This document shows, one piece after another, positions 15,340 through 25,094 of a stretch of 27,061 bases of DNA. The stretch comes from a virus (taxonomy: Duplodnaviria > Caudoviricetes). How positions within the stretch are numbered: position 1 is the stretch's first letter; each line of letters starts with the position of its first letter. The stretch lies in IMG/VR virus record IMGVR_UViG_3300050330_000094, positions 1 through 27,061 of that record. The stretch is one strand, 5' to 3'. Made by a program: the position numbers and the translations under genes. A model generated the notes under the pieces. It made no database searches, was not told where the DNA came from, and was given only the letters and a program-made list of their open reading frames with translations.

Positions 15340-16326
15340 ATGGACGTGATCGATCGCACCGCCGCTGGGGCACTGATCCCCGAAACGCTCGCAGCCGAGA
15401 TCCTGCAGGACATCCAGGACTACTCGGCCGTCATGTCGCTGGGGACCCGCGCCCCCGACATGTCGACGAAGGTCCACCGCATCCCCGTCCTGTCGGCGCT
15501 GCCCATGACCAAGTGGGTGGACGGCGACGGCGGCTTGATCTCCGCCAGCGCCGCCGCGTGGAAGAACAAGTACCTCGAGGCCGAGAAGCTCGCGACCGTG
15601 ATCCCGGTGCCCAACGACGTCATCGATGACGCCTCGTGGGACATCTGGGGTCAGCTGCGCCCGCTCATCTCGGCGGCGATCGGCCGCCAGTTCGACCGCA
15701 CCGTCTTCTTCGGTGAGGACGCGCCGGCATCGTTCCCCGACGACCTCCTCACCGGCGCCACGGCGGCGAGCCACACCGTCGACCTCAGCGCCAAGATCGG
15801 CGCGGGGCAGGACCTCTTCGACATCCTGCTGGGCGAGAACGGGGTCATGAGCCTCGTCGAGGAGGACGGCTTCGGCGTCACCGGCCACGTGGCCGCGCTG
15901 GTGATGAAGTCGAAGCTGCGCGGCCTGCGCAGCAAGGTCTACGACGGCGCCAACATGGTGGCGGCCGGCGTGCCGCTCTTCCAGCGCAGCCCCGACCGGC
16001 GCGACATTCAGTCCGCCACCGTGTGGGACCTCGAGGGCGACCCCATCGTCTTGCCGAAGAACGACGTCTTCGACACCGCCAAGATCCTGTCGATCAGCGG
16101 CGACTGGTCCAAGCTCGTGTGGGCGCTCCGCAAGGACATCTCCTACACGCTGCTCACCGAGGGCGTCATCCAGGACGCCGCCGGCAACATCGTCTTCAAC
16201 CTCGGCCAGCAGGACATGAGCGCCCTGCGCGTCACGTTCCGCGCCGCCTGGCAGCTGCCCAACCCGATCAACCTGGCCAACCCTGAAGAGGCCAGCCGCT
16301 ACCCCTTCGCGGTCCTGGTCCCGTAA
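15340..16326 (+). CDS. Major capsid protein, HK97-type phage capsid family
   Basis: AAGGAG RBS; GALIPE...EI, AEKLATVIPV..DVIDDA, GDWS, NLGQQDMSALRVTFR. Confidence 0.93.
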   Translation: MDVIDRTAAGALIPETLAAEILQDIQDYSAVMSLGTRAPDMSTKVHRIPVLSALPMTKWVDGDGGLISASAAAWKNKYLEAEKLATVIPVPNDVIDDASWDIWGQLRPLISAAIGRQFDRTVFFGEDAPASFPDDLLTGATAASHTVDLSAKIGAGQDLFDILLGENGVMSLVEEDGFGVTGHVAALVMKSKLRGLRSKVYDGANMVAAGVPLFQRSPDRRDIQSATVWDLEGDPIVLPKNDVFDTAKILSISGDWSKLVWALRKDISYTLLTEGVIQDAAGNIVFNLGQQDMSALRVTFRAAWQLPNPINLANPEEASRYPFAVLVP

Positions 16327-16355
16327 CCACAGCCGCGACGTCCCTGAGTCTCCCG

Positions 16356-16389
16356 ACCCACCCCTGACAACGAGGGGTGGGTTCCCTTT
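16356..16389 (+). terminator. Hairpin after capsid gene (partial terminator or stabiliser)
   Basis: ACCCACCCCT-7nt-AGGGGTGGGT then TCCCTTT. Confidence 0.6.
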
Positions 16390-16400
16390 GGAGGAAGAGC

Positions 16401-16775
16401 GTGTTACAGCAGACTGGTGCTTACAAGTTGGCCCTGACCGCAGCGACCACCGCCGCCGTGGGCGGCGTCCTGAAGGCCCGCAACGACTTCGGCGCGGACG
16501 TCATCATCACGCGCTTCGTGCTCGACGTCGCCACGGCCTCGGCCGGCGCCGCCACGCTCGACATCGGCGTCGACGACGGCGGTGACGTCAGCAGCGACAG
16601 CCTGATCGACGGTCAGAGCGTCGCCGCCGCCGGCGTGTTCGACAACGTCAAGAACGGCGGCGTCAACGGCAAGGCCGCCGTGCTGTGGCCCAAGGGCGAG
16701 TACATCGTGGCCACCGCATCCGCCACCACCGCCGGGCTCGTCGGCAACGCCCACATCGAGTTCATCTACCGATGA
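16401..16775 (+). CDS. Probable capsid decoration protein (124 aa)
   Basis: GGAGG then GTG 16401; small beta-rich protein (ATLDIGV) after capsid. Confidence 0.65.
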   Translation: MLQQTGAYKLALTAATTAAVGGVLKARNDFGADVIITRFVLDVATASAGAATLDIGVDDGGDVSSDSLIDGQSVAAAGVFDNVKNGGVNGKAAVLWPKGEYIVATASATTAGLVGNAHIEFIYR

Positions 16776-17080
16776 GCACCCGCGTCGTGCGCTTCCTTCG
16801 CGCGAAGCGCTACCCCCACCCGGCCGGTCGCCGCCGCGCAGTCGGGACCATCATGCCGATCGACGCCGCCACCGCCAAGCAGTGGGTGCGAGTCGGCCTG
16901 GTGGAGTTCGTCTCGCAATCACACCGCGGAGAGTCGGCGGCCGGTGGCGAGCCGCGGCAGCTCGAGGACCTCACGGTCGCCGAGCTCAGGGCGTTGGCGG
17001 CCGAGCGCGGCGTCGACCTCGGCGCCGCCCGCCTCAAGGCGGAACTGATCGCGGCGCTCGCATCCGACCCGACCACCTGA
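16772..17080 (+). CDS. Rho-N/HeH-like domain protein (Mu gp35-like position), 102 aa
   Basis: LEDLTVAELRALAAERGVDLGAARLKAELIAAL; ATGA overlap. Confidence 0.75.
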   Translation: MSTRVVRFLRAKRYPHPAGRRRAVGTIMPIDAATAKQWVRVGLVEFVSQSHRGESAAGGEPRQLEDLTVAELRALAAERGVDLGAARLKAELIAALASDPTT

Positions 17081-17090
17081 GGAGGCCCCA

Positions 17091-17489
17091 GTGGCGGCGT
17101 ACCTGACCGACAAGCAGCTGGTGGACAACCACCTGCCGGGGGACGTGGCCGCGCAGTCAACGGTCACTGATCGTGCCGCTTGGATCGACGCGGCGTCCGC
17201 GCAGGCCGACGGTTACCTGCGGCGGGCCGGTTACACCCTGCCGTTGACCAGCGTCGGCGACGACCTTCAAGCCGCGGTCGGCGCCATCGCCACGTACCAC
17301 CTGGCGTCCAAGCTCGGGCTGCTGCCGGAACCAGCGGCGCAGAGCGCCATCTACCTGCGCTACAAGGCCGCCCTCGAGTGGCTGCGCGGCGTCGCCGAGG
17401 GCAGCATCACGCCCATCGTCGCCGGCGACCCCGCCGACGACACGAGCGCGGCGCCGCTGATCGCCACCGAACCGCCGCGGGAGTGGTGA
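17091..17489 (+). CDS. Head-tail connector, Mu gp36/DUF1320-like
   Basis: ASAQADGYL..GYTLPL, IATYHL, RYKAALEWLRGVAEG. Confidence 0.85.
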   Translation: MAAYLTDKQLVDNHLPGDVAAQSTVTDRAAWIDAASAQADGYLRRAGYTLPLTSVGDDLQAAVGAIATYHLASKLGLLPEPAAQSAIYLRYKAALEWLRGVAEGSITPIVAGDPADDTSAAPLIATEPPREW

Positions 17490-17980
17490 TGGCCAGCTCC
17501 TTCACCATCAAGTCGGACCTGCCGGACGTGCGGCGACTCCTGCGGCGCCTGCAACCCGACCAACTCAAAGGCGCCCTCAAGAACATGGGCGAAGCCGGCA
17601 CCGGCCTCGCCCAAGACGCCTTCAAAGACAGCACGGCACCCGATGGCACCAAGTGGCCGGCGCTGCAGGAAAGCACCCTCGACGCCTGGGTCGGCAGTGC
17701 GGCGGGCCGGAAGCGCCGCCGCGATTACGGTCAGAAGCCACTGCTGCGCACCGCGACGCTGATGCGCAGCCTGAGTTGGCAGCTCGTCGGCGACAACACC
17801 GTCGCCATCGGCACCGCCCAAGCCCATGGGGTGTTCCACCAGGGCGACCCTGACCACCCGTCTCGCGGCATCATCCCGCCGCGCCGCTTCCTGCCGCAAC
17901 GCGGGCAGCCACTACCCGACGAGTGGCGCGAGGACCTCATCAACGCCGTCGAGGAGTTCCTGGAGGGGGGTGAGGCATGA
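17489..17980 (+). CDS. Phage virion morphogenesis protein (Mu gpG / tail-S-like), 163 aa
   Basis: PDGTKWPAL..ST, LLRTATLMRSL, FHQG, IPPRRFL; TGATG overlap. Confidence 0.88.
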   Translation: MASSFTIKSDLPDVRRLLRRLQPDQLKGALKNMGEAGTGLAQDAFKDSTAPDGTKWPALQESTLDAWVGSAAGRKRRRDYGQKPLLRTATLMRSLSWQLVGDNTVAIGTAQAHGVFHQGDPDHPSRGIIPPRRFLPQRGQPLPDEWREDLINAVEEFLEGGEA

Positions 17981-18402
17981 ACCTGCTGGGTGTGCTCGAC
18001 GCGCTCAAGGACGCGGCGGCGGGCGTGCCGAACGTTAAGGTGGCGGCGCTGGGCATCAACCAGGCGTGGCCGTCAACGCCGGCGGTCGAGGTGATCGCGT
18101 CCGACGTGCGGCTGCAGACGTTCGCAGCCGGCAGCCTCGACCAGCTCATGAGCGGCCGCGTCGTGCTCGCCGTCTACGTGGCGTTGACGCAGAACCTGGA
18201 GGCAGACGAGCGCGAGCTCGTGCCCATCGCCGAAGGGCTGGTGGACGCGCTGAACACCGGGTCGTTCGACCGCACGCTAGGCGGCCTGGTCGAGGACGTG
18301 CGCCCCATCGGCATCGACTTCGACCTGGTGAAACGCAACGGCCGGTTCTACCGCACTGCCTCGGTGACGGTGGCGATCGGCGACCTGGAAGACAACGTGT
18401 GA
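17977..18402 (+). CDS. Probable tail terminator/completion protein
   Basis: 141 aa, position before tail tube, DRTLGGLV motif. Confidence 0.65.
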   Translation: MNLLGVLDALKDAAAGVPNVKVAALGINQAWPSTPAVEVIASDVRLQTFAAGSLDQLMSGRVVLAVYVALTQNLEADERELVPIAEGLVDALNTGSFDRTLGGLVEDVRPIGIDFDLVKRNGRFYRTASVTVAIGDLEDNV

Positions 18403-18413
18403 GGAGGCCCGCG

Positions 18414-18608
18414 ATGGCCAAGGTTCGTTACGTCCCCAAGCAAGGCGGCGCGTTCGCGCCGACCCTCGAGCCGGGTCAGGTGATCGAGGTGTCGCACGCC
18501 GAGGCCGAGCACCTGATCACCACCGGCGCGTTCGAGCGCCTCGAGCAGCCCACCGAACCGGTGGCGGAGAGCGAGCCGCAGCCGCGGCCGCGGAAAGGTC
18601 GTGACTGA
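18414..18608 (+). CDS. Small tail-region protein (64 aa)
   Basis: GAGGAGG RBS; PGQVIEVSHAEAEHLI..GAFE pattern common before tail tube/sheath genes. Confidence 0.7.
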   Translation: MAKVRYVPKQGGAFAPTLEPGQVIEVSHAEAEHLITTGAFERLEQPTEPVAESEPQPRPRKGRD

Positions 18609-19546
18609 TGGCCAGCGGCAGAGGCGGCAGCATCGGCATCGGCAAGGAAACCACGTGGGGCACCGCCGTGCCGCCCACGCAGTTCTATAACGGCACGGAA
18701 TCGATCACGGAGGACCGCGGTCGCCTGCGAGAACCCATCACGTTCGGGTCGCGCGCGCTGCAACCGGCTGACGCCGGCCGCGTGCGCATCACGGGCGCCA
18801 TCAGCGGCGTGCACGCCCGCCCAGTCGGCCTCGGGCACCTGCTGCGAGCCGCCCTGGGCGCCCCGACCACGACGGGCGCCAGCGCCCCGTACACTCACGA
18901 GTTCAAACCGGCGGCCACCAAGTTCTCGGCCACCGCCGCCCTGCCGCCCTACAGCGTCACGGTGAAGCGCGACACGGGCTTCATCCACCGCTACTCGGGC
19001 TGCCAACTCAACCGCCTGACCCTCAACCAGCCTAAGGACGACGCGCTGTCGCTCGACACGGACTGGATCGCCAAGGGCGTCGCGGACGAATCGGACACGG
19101 TGATCGTCGCCGAGACGGCGCAGCGGTTCCGCTTCCAGCACCTCGCGGTGCTGCGCAACGCCGTCTCCTTCCCGACCCTCGAGTCGCTCACCGTGGCGAT
19201 CGAGAACAACCTCGAAACCGAGGAGCTTCTCAACGCCAGCGACGAGATCAGCGGCACCGACTTCGGCGATTCGAGCATCAAGATCGACATGACCATGTCG
19301 TTCCAGACGCTCAGCGACTACGCCGACTTCAAGGCCAACACCACGCGGCCGTGGAAGTTCACGTGGACGCTCGACGTCGGCAACAGCCTCGAGCTGTCGA
19401 TCCCGCGCCTGAACCTCTCGGCGTTCAGCGCCCCCATCAGCGCCGCCGGGCGCCTCACCGCCACCGTCTCCGGGCAGGCTGAGCACGACAGCGTCGCCGG
19501 TCACGGCCTGCTCGTCACCCTCAAGAACTCCCAACCCACCTACTGA
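18608..19546 (+). CDS. Major tail tube protein
   Basis: IGIGKETTWGT, GLGHLLRAALG, YTHEF, YSGC, IENNL; precedes chaperone and tape measure. Confidence 0.85.
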   Translation: MASGRGGSIGIGKETTWGTAVPPTQFYNGTESITEDRGRLREPITFGSRALQPADAGRVRITGAISGVHARPVGLGHLLRAALGAPTTTGASAPYTHEFKPAATKFSATAALPPYSVTVKRDTGFIHRYSGCQLNRLTLNQPKDDALSLDTDWIAKGVADESDTVIVAETAQRFRFQHLAVLRNAVSFPTLESLTVAIENNLETEELLNASDEISGTDFGDSSIKIDMTMSFQTLSDYADFKANTTRPWKFTWTLDVGNSLELSIPRLNLSAFSAPISAAGRLTATVSGQAEHDSVAGHGLLVTLKNSQPTY

Positions 19547-19568
19547 CCGGATCCCGAGGAGGACCACC

Positions 19569-20168
19569 TTGACCATCGTCTCTAAACTCCGTCAGGCGGC
19601 CACCCGCGTCGTCGAACTGCCAGAACTCACCGGCGAGCTGCGTCACCTCGGCGAGCTCACGCCCGAGCAGCGCATGCTGGTGCGCATCCGCAAGGTCCGC
19701 GCCGCCGAGGTGGCGGCCGCCATCAGCACCGTGCCGCTGCTGTTCAGCCTCTCCCGTGAACGCCAGGACGGCGAGTCCAACCAGGACTTCGCCAAGCGCA
19801 TGCAGGACAAGTTCCTGGACAACCCCGACTTGAACCAGGCCGCCAACCAGCAGCAGTTGGCGTCGCAGACGGCCGTCGTGGCGCTCGGCGTGACGGCCAT
19901 CGGCATCGTCACCGGCGACGCCGAGCCGGAATGGGAACCGCTCACGCTCGACGTGCACGGCGGCGAACCCAACCCGAACCTGCTCGGCGGCAGCCTCGCG
20001 ACAGTCCACGACGCCATCCTGGCCTTCGGAACCGTTGACCTGCCGCGCATGGGAGGAGCGGCCGGCCTCGAGACGTTTCCTGAGGAGCCCGGAAGCCCTG
20101 GCGGTGAGCCGGGCAGCGGCCTACTACCACCTGACCCCGACGGAGTTCCTGGCCCGACCACTGGTTGA
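19569..20168 (+). CDS. Tail assembly chaperone (G-like), TTG start
   Basis: GAGGAGG RBS; lies between tube and tape measure. Confidence 0.75.
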   Translation: MTIVSKLRQAATRVVELPELTGELRHLGELTPEQRMLVRIRKVRAAEVAAAISTVPLLFSLSRERQDGESNQDFAKRMQDKFLDNPDLNQAANQQQLASQTAVVALGVTAIGIVTGDAEPEWEPLTLDVHGGEPNPNLLGGSLATVHDAILAFGTVDLPRMGGAAGLETFPEEPGSPGGEPGSGLLPPDPDGVPGPTTG

Positions 20169-20259
20169 CGTCGCCTTCGACCTCGAGGTGTTCCGCGCCG
20201 ACCAGGAGGCGCAAGCCATCGAGCTCGAGAAGCAACGCTTGAAGCACGGGCGCGGCTGA
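20077..20259 (+). CDS. Frameshift extension of tail chaperone (GT-like; +1 frame)
   Basis: Overlapping +1-frame ORF FLRSPEALAVSRAAAYYHLTPTEFL..AFDLEV without its own good start; TTT-C slip at 20076-20079. Confidence 0.65.
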   Translation, partial: FLRSPEALAVSRAAAYYHLTPTEFLARPLVDVAFDLEVFRADQEAQAIELEKQRLKHGRG

Positions 20260-20292
20260 GGCCGCGCCCCACTCGTCGCAAGGAGGCCGGTC

Positions 20293-23200
20293 GTGGCGCT
20301 GAACGCCGTTGAGATCCTGATCCGCGTCCGCGACGAGGCCAGCCAGGCCCTGCAGGGCCTGCAACGCCAGGTGAGCCGCACCGCGGCCGCCAACCGCCGC
20401 GAATGGGAGGCCATGAGCAAGGTCAGCGCCGTGGCGCTGGGAGCAATCACCGCCGCGGGCGGCGCCGCGATCGCCACCGGCCTGAAGTTCGTTACGCTGG
20501 CGGGACAACTCGAACAGTCGAAGATCGCGTTCGAGACGATGCTCGGCTCCGCCGAGGCCGCAGACGCGTTCCTGCGGGACCTGGCCGACTTCGCGGCCGC
20601 GACGCCGTTCGACTTCCCCGGCCTGCAGAGCAGCAGCCGGCTGCTGCTGGCGTTCGGCTTCCAAGCGGAGGCCGTCATCCCCATCGTGGAGACGCTCGGG
20701 GACGCCACCAGCGCCCTGGGGGGCGGCACGGACACCCTCGAAGGCGTCGTGCGGGCCTTGGGTCAGATGCAGACCAAAGGCAAGGTCGTCACGCAAGAGC
20801 TGCTGCAGCTCGCCGAGCGCGGCATCCCCGTCTTCGACATCCTCAAGGAGAAGCTCGAGCTGACGGGCGAGCAGGTAGCTGACATCGGCACGCTGGGCAT
20901 CTCCTCGAGCACGGCCATCACGGCCATCCTGGAGGGCCTCGGCGAGCGTTTCGGCGGCGCCATGCAGAAGCAGTCGCGCACCCTCCTGGGATTGTGGAGC
21001 ACCGTCAAGGACACGGGCCTACTGATCGCCACCGACCTCGGCACGAAGATCTCGGAGGCCCTCGACCTCACCGGCCTGCTGGAGACGCTGGTGGGCTGGC
21101 TCGACACGCTGCGCGAGCGCGTGGCCGACATCGACTTGAAGCAGCTGTGGCTCGACGGCCGCGAAGGCATCATCACCTTCGCCGGCGCCCTGGTCGGCAT
21201 GGCGTTACCGGCCATCATCAACCTGGTGCGCGCGGTGTTGCCGCTCGTCACCCGCCTAGCGGCGCTGGCCTTGGCGGGCGCCTTGGTGGTCGACGTTGCG
21301 CAGCAGCTCGGCGTGGACTTCGGGAAGCTGTCGGATCCTGGCGGCGCCTTGGCACGAGTCGGGTCGGTGCTGATCGGCCTGGCCGACGTCTTCAAAGGCG
21401 TCACCATCTCCATCGCCAACCTCATCCTCGCCTCGAGCAAGAGCTTCCGCGACTGGGCCGACTTCTTCAGGTTGGCGGCCGAAGCCGTCGGCAACGTGAT
21501 CCGCCAACTCGGACGGCAAGCGACGGCCGTCACCGACCTGCTCGCCGCGCTGGCCACCTTCGACGGCAGCAAGATCACTGCCGCTTGGGACTCCTTGCGC
21601 AACATCGGCGGGTTCAGCCTCGGCGCGGACCTGACCACCGCCTGGTCCACCTCGTTCGACGGGTTCTCCGACGCGATCCTCGACGGCTTCGACCGCGCCA
21701 ACGCCTACGTCACCGGCGGGTGGGAGAAGATCCTCGCGGGCTTCAGCGGCCACGTCGACGACACCACCAACCAGGTGGTCACGCGGGTGGCAGGCAGCGT
21801 CTCGGACGGCGCCAAGAAGATCATCGACTGGAGCACCCTCCTCACGAACGACGCCACCCCGGCGCTGCTCGACGTCGCCGACGCCAGCGACCAGCTGGCC
21901 GCGTCAATCACTGCCAGCGCCGACGAGGCCGCCAAGGCCGCCGCCACTTGGCAGGACGCACTCGAAACCATCGGCGCAGCCGCCGCAGTGACCCTGCGCG
22001 ACGCGCTCGGCGTCGACCAGCCCGACAGCCCGCTCGTGGCGGCCGGCAAGGCGATCGTGGCCTCCATCGCCAAAGGCTTCAACGAGGCTTGGCCCGAGTT
22101 CACGTCGCGCCTCACCACCGCCTGGTCGACGGTGCAGGACATGCTGGCGCAAGCCGCCCTGCAGCGGCACGTCGCCTCCGGCGTCTCGCTGCGCCTGCCA
22201 GAGACTGGCCCCGCCAAGCTCGGCAGCGGGAGCCCGTTCATTCCGGCCCCCATCGGCATCGAGGGGAGGCGGGCGCCGGCCGACCCGAGCGCGTTCATGC
22301 CCGCCATCGTGCGCATGAGCGACGCGTTGTTCGGGCCGCGCAGCGCCCCCGGCCGTTTCCTGGCGGATCTGGAGGGGCTGTTCGGCCGCGCCGAGCGCGA
22401 AGCCAACCGCAGCGGCCGCGTCGACCAGTACGTCATCCGTGAAGCGCAAGCCGCGCGATTCGATGCCGCCGGCACCCTCGCCTATCACGACCGCGTGATC
22501 AACGACCCGCGCAGCGCGGCCTTCCGCCGCGAGATCCCCGTGCCGTCGCCGTTCGCCGGCGTGCCGCGGCCCGTCGCCATCCCTGAACCCGGCGTGTTCG
22601 CCGTTCTGCCGGAGGCCCGCGGCCTCGGGATCACGCCCGGGGCGGAGGTGCGCCCCGACCGCTCTGCGCTCCCGCAGGAGCAGCTCGACGCCATCCTCCG
22701 GAAGGAACTCGAGGCCAGGCAGGCCGTCGTTGACGGCCTCACGACGATGAGCACCGAGAACGGGCCGCTCGCCAACTTCGGCACGCAGCTCCTCGCCGCC
22801 GCCAGCGAGGCGGTGCCCGCCTTCGGCGCGGCCTTGGACGGCTTCGTGCAGGCCGGCCCCATCGGTGCGATCATCGGGTTCTTCAGCGAGCTCCTGTTCA
22901 GCAGCGAGCCGATGATCGAGGCGTTCGAGATGATCAACGAGGCGCTGGCGCCTCTCGGAGATATCCTTGCCAGCATCATCGCGCCGGCCCTCAAGGTGTT
23001 CGGAATGGTGCTCGGCTGGATCGTCGACGGCCTCATCGCCGTCTGGAACTTCCTCTTCGGATGGTTGGGCGTTCACATCGAACGGAAGTCCGACGAGGAG
23101 CCACCCCCCGCCGAGGCGCCGGTTCATAGCAGCGTTCCCCCGACCCAAAGGGAGCCGGAGTTCGGCAGGGTCGGGCCTGGCATCCAGCTCGCGGTCGCGA

Positions 23201-23391
23201 CGCCGCTCATCGAAGCCGCCCAGCTGCAGCTGACGGCCGCGAACACGCTACAGACCGCGGCAACCGGCCTCGCCGAATCCGCCGCCCACTTCGGCGACTA
23301 CGTTGGACGCCTCGTCGAGGAAGGCATCAGGGTGCGCGTCGAGCAACTCGCCAACCCGGCGCCGCAGAGCCGCACCGCTTACCTGCGTTGA
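20293..23391 (+). CDS. Tail tape measure protein (1032 aa)
   Basis: AAGGAGG RBS; IAFETMLGS, DFAAATPF, ALGQMQTKGKV..QELLQLAERGIP, SRTLLGLWSTVKD. Confidence 0.95.
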   Translation: MALNAVEILIRVRDEASQALQGLQRQVSRTAAANRREWEAMSKVSAVALGAITAAGGAAIATGLKFVTLAGQLEQSKIAFETMLGSAEAADAFLRDLADFAAATPFDFPGLQSSSRLLLAFGFQAEAVIPIVETLGDATSALGGGTDTLEGVVRALGQMQTKGKVVTQELLQLAERGIPVFDILKEKLELTGEQVADIGTLGISSSTAITAILEGLGERFGGAMQKQSRTLLGLWSTVKDTGLLIATDLGTKISEALDLTGLLETLVGWLDTLRERVADIDLKQLWLDGREGIITFAGALVGMALPAIINLVRAVLPLVTRLAALALAGALVVDVAQQLGVDFGKLSDPGGALARVGSVLIGLADVFKGVTISIANLILASSKSFRDWADFFRLAAEAVGNVIRQLGRQATAVTDLLAALATFDGSKITAAWDSLRNIGGFSLGADLTTAWSTSFDGFSDAILDGFDRANAYVTGGWEKILAGFSGHVDDTTNQVVTRVAGSVSDGAKKIIDWSTLLTNDATPALLDVADASDQLAASITASADEAAKAAATWQDALETIGAAAAVTLRDALGVDQPDSPLVAAGKAIVASIAKGFNEAWPEFTSRLTTAWSTVQDMLAQAALQRHVASGVSLRLPETGPAKLGSGSPFIPAPIGIEGRRAPADPSAFMPAIVRMSDALFGPRSAPGRFLADLEGLFGRAEREANRSGRVDQYVIREAQAARFDAAGTLAYHDRVINDPRSAAFRREIPVPSPFAGVPRPVAIPEPGVFAVLPEARGLGITPGAEVRPDRSALPQEQLDAILRKELEARQAVVDGLTTMSTENGPLANFGTQLLAAASEAVPAFGAALDGFVQAGPIGAIIGFFSELLFSSEPMIEAFEMINEALAPLGDILASIIAPALKVFGMVLGWIVDGLIAVWNFLFGWLGVHIERKSDEEPPPAEAPVHSSVPPTQREPEFGRVGPGIQLAVATPLIEAAQLQLTAANTLQTAATGLAESAAHFGDYVGRLVEEGIRVRVEQLANPAPQSRTAYLR

Positions 23392-23400
23392 GGAGGAACC

Positions 23401-25011
23401 ATGCCCGACCCGTGGGCCATAGACGTCTACACGCCGGCCGGCGTCCTCCGCCGCACCCTGACACCCAACGACCCCGTCGCCGACTTCATGTGGTCGCTGC
23501 GCGGCGACGGCGACTGCATGGAAGCCGAAATCCGCGGCGTCGCGCTGGATATCCGCCCGCGCGAGATCGTCGTCATTCGCACCGTCATCGCCGGCGGCGG
23601 AGACACCCTCAGCCCGCGTTACATCGGCTGGGTAGTGGAAACCCCCAACCGACGCCACACCGACGTCACCAGCACCCACCTCGTAGGCGGCAGCAAGCGT
23701 CTGACAGAAGTCCTCGTCCGCCCCTTCCAGATCGACGAGGTCGACGTCGCGCGCATGGCACGAGACGCCGCCAACAACGCCGCCACGTCCGCCATCCCGT
23801 TCCTCGCGGTGGCCGCCGCGAACAGCACCGACTTTCCCGACACCACCTTCCAGCTCGGGGTGCGCTACCCGCAGCTTGAGACCGTCGCGGAAGCCCTGAG
23901 CGCCATGTCGGCCGCCGTTCCAGGCTTCACCGTGCTGCCGAGCACCACCTATGTCTATGACGGCGTCACCTACCAGCCGGGTGACGAGGTGCCGCCGGCG
24001 ATGTGGGGTGTCCGCGTTGCTACGGGCCCCACCCGCGGCGCCATCTACTTCCGGCGACCCAAGCCCGACGTCAGCACGCTTGACGAGATCGCAGATGCCC
24101 TCACCATCGACTGGCAGGCGCTCTCGAGCGAGCGCATCGTTGACGACGTCACGATCATCGTGATCGAGCAGCGCACCGGCGTCGTTATGACGCCCGTGCA
24201 CAAGCTCCAGCCCATTTACAGCAGCGAACTCATGCCGCCCATTACGCGTCGCTTCACACGCGCCGGCAGCCCCTACGGGGCCCAACTCCGCGTCGGGGCA
24301 GAAGGCAACGGCCTCAAGGCCGGCACCTGGGATGGTGCAGCTATACTCGCCGGTTTCACGGACACGAACAACGCCTGGGACGACAACGTCCTTACTTACG
24401 CCTACAACCCCGCTGGCTGGCCAGTCGGCCTGGCCCGGCGAGCTTCTGCCAGCACCGTCGCTTGCCGCATCCGCTACAGCTCTGTTGTCCCCGTGGCGGT
24501 CAGACTGGAGCGGGACGCCGGGCGCATTACCGAGACCCTGGGCAACACCAGCGGCGAGCAGCAAGATGTCCTGCTCGTCGCGCCAGATGTCGGCGATCCG
24601 CCGAACAGCAGCAATGTCCTGATCAACATCCAGCTCCCGCTCGAGGCCGCCGACGCGCCCGCCGACGCGATCCGCATCTACGAAGTCACGCCCCTCGAGG
24701 TAGATGACGAGGTCCTAGAGCGCCTCGCCTCCAGTTACTTCACCCCGCCCCCCGACACGTCCACCGCGGCCGTGGTCACGGTCCCGAACAAGCTTCTACC
24801 CCCCGCGTACAAATGGGCGATCACGCTCTCAGACAGCCAGGTCGTCAAGGCAAACGCCGAGCGCATCGAGTACGCAATCGACACGCAGCGCGGCCTCACG
24901 ACCACCCTCTACCTCGGGCAAGCCCTCTCGGCCACCGAGGTGAGCGCCCGCGCCCTCCTCGACAGCAACATCACACGAGCCGTCCTCGCCGGCAAGCGAG
25001 GCCAGCTGTGA
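23401..25011 (+). CDS. Tail tip / baseplate hub-like protein (536 aa)
   Basis: GAGGAGG RBS; directly after tape measure; beta-rich; WGV...IYFRRP. Confidence 0.7.
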   Translation: MPDPWAIDVYTPAGVLRRTLTPNDPVADFMWSLRGDGDCMEAEIRGVALDIRPREIVVIRTVIAGGGDTLSPRYIGWVVETPNRRHTDVTSTHLVGGSKRLTEVLVRPFQIDEVDVARMARDAANNAATSAIPFLAVAAANSTDFPDTTFQLGVRYPQLETVAEALSAMSAAVPGFTVLPSTTYVYDGVTYQPGDEVPPAMWGVRVATGPTRGAIYFRRPKPDVSTLDEIADALTIDWQALSSERIVDDVTIIVIEQRTGVVMTPVHKLQPIYSSELMPPITRRFTRAGSPYGAQLRVGAEGNGLKAGTWDGAAILAGFTDTNNAWDDNVLTYAYNPAGWPVGLARRASASTVACRIRYSSVVPVAVRLERDAGRITETLGNTSGEQQDVLLVAPDVGDPPNSSNVLINIQLPLEAADAPADAIRIYEVTPLEVDDEVLERLASSYFTPPPDTSTAAVVTVPNKLLPPAYKWAITLSDSQVVKANAERIEYAIDTQRGLTTTLYLGQALSATEVSARALLDSNITRAVLAGKRGQL

Positions 25012-25094
25012 GCACGTCAGTAGACGGCGTGGCAATACTCGCGCCGCGAGAACCGACACCAAGCCGCTGTTAGGAACGCCGAGAGGCAATTGAG

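Noticed and set aside
533-24564. Many long - strand ORFs opposite phage genes (e.g. 10399-11991, 14239-15888, 21904-23148, 23248-24564) and Arg/Pro-rich alternative-frame + ORFs
   Set aside because: Typical shadow ORFs of high-GC coding DNA; no motifs or RBS, and they overlap well-supported genes
25008-25073. 21-codon ORF coupled by GTGA to the hub gene
   Set aside because: Too short and featureless to support
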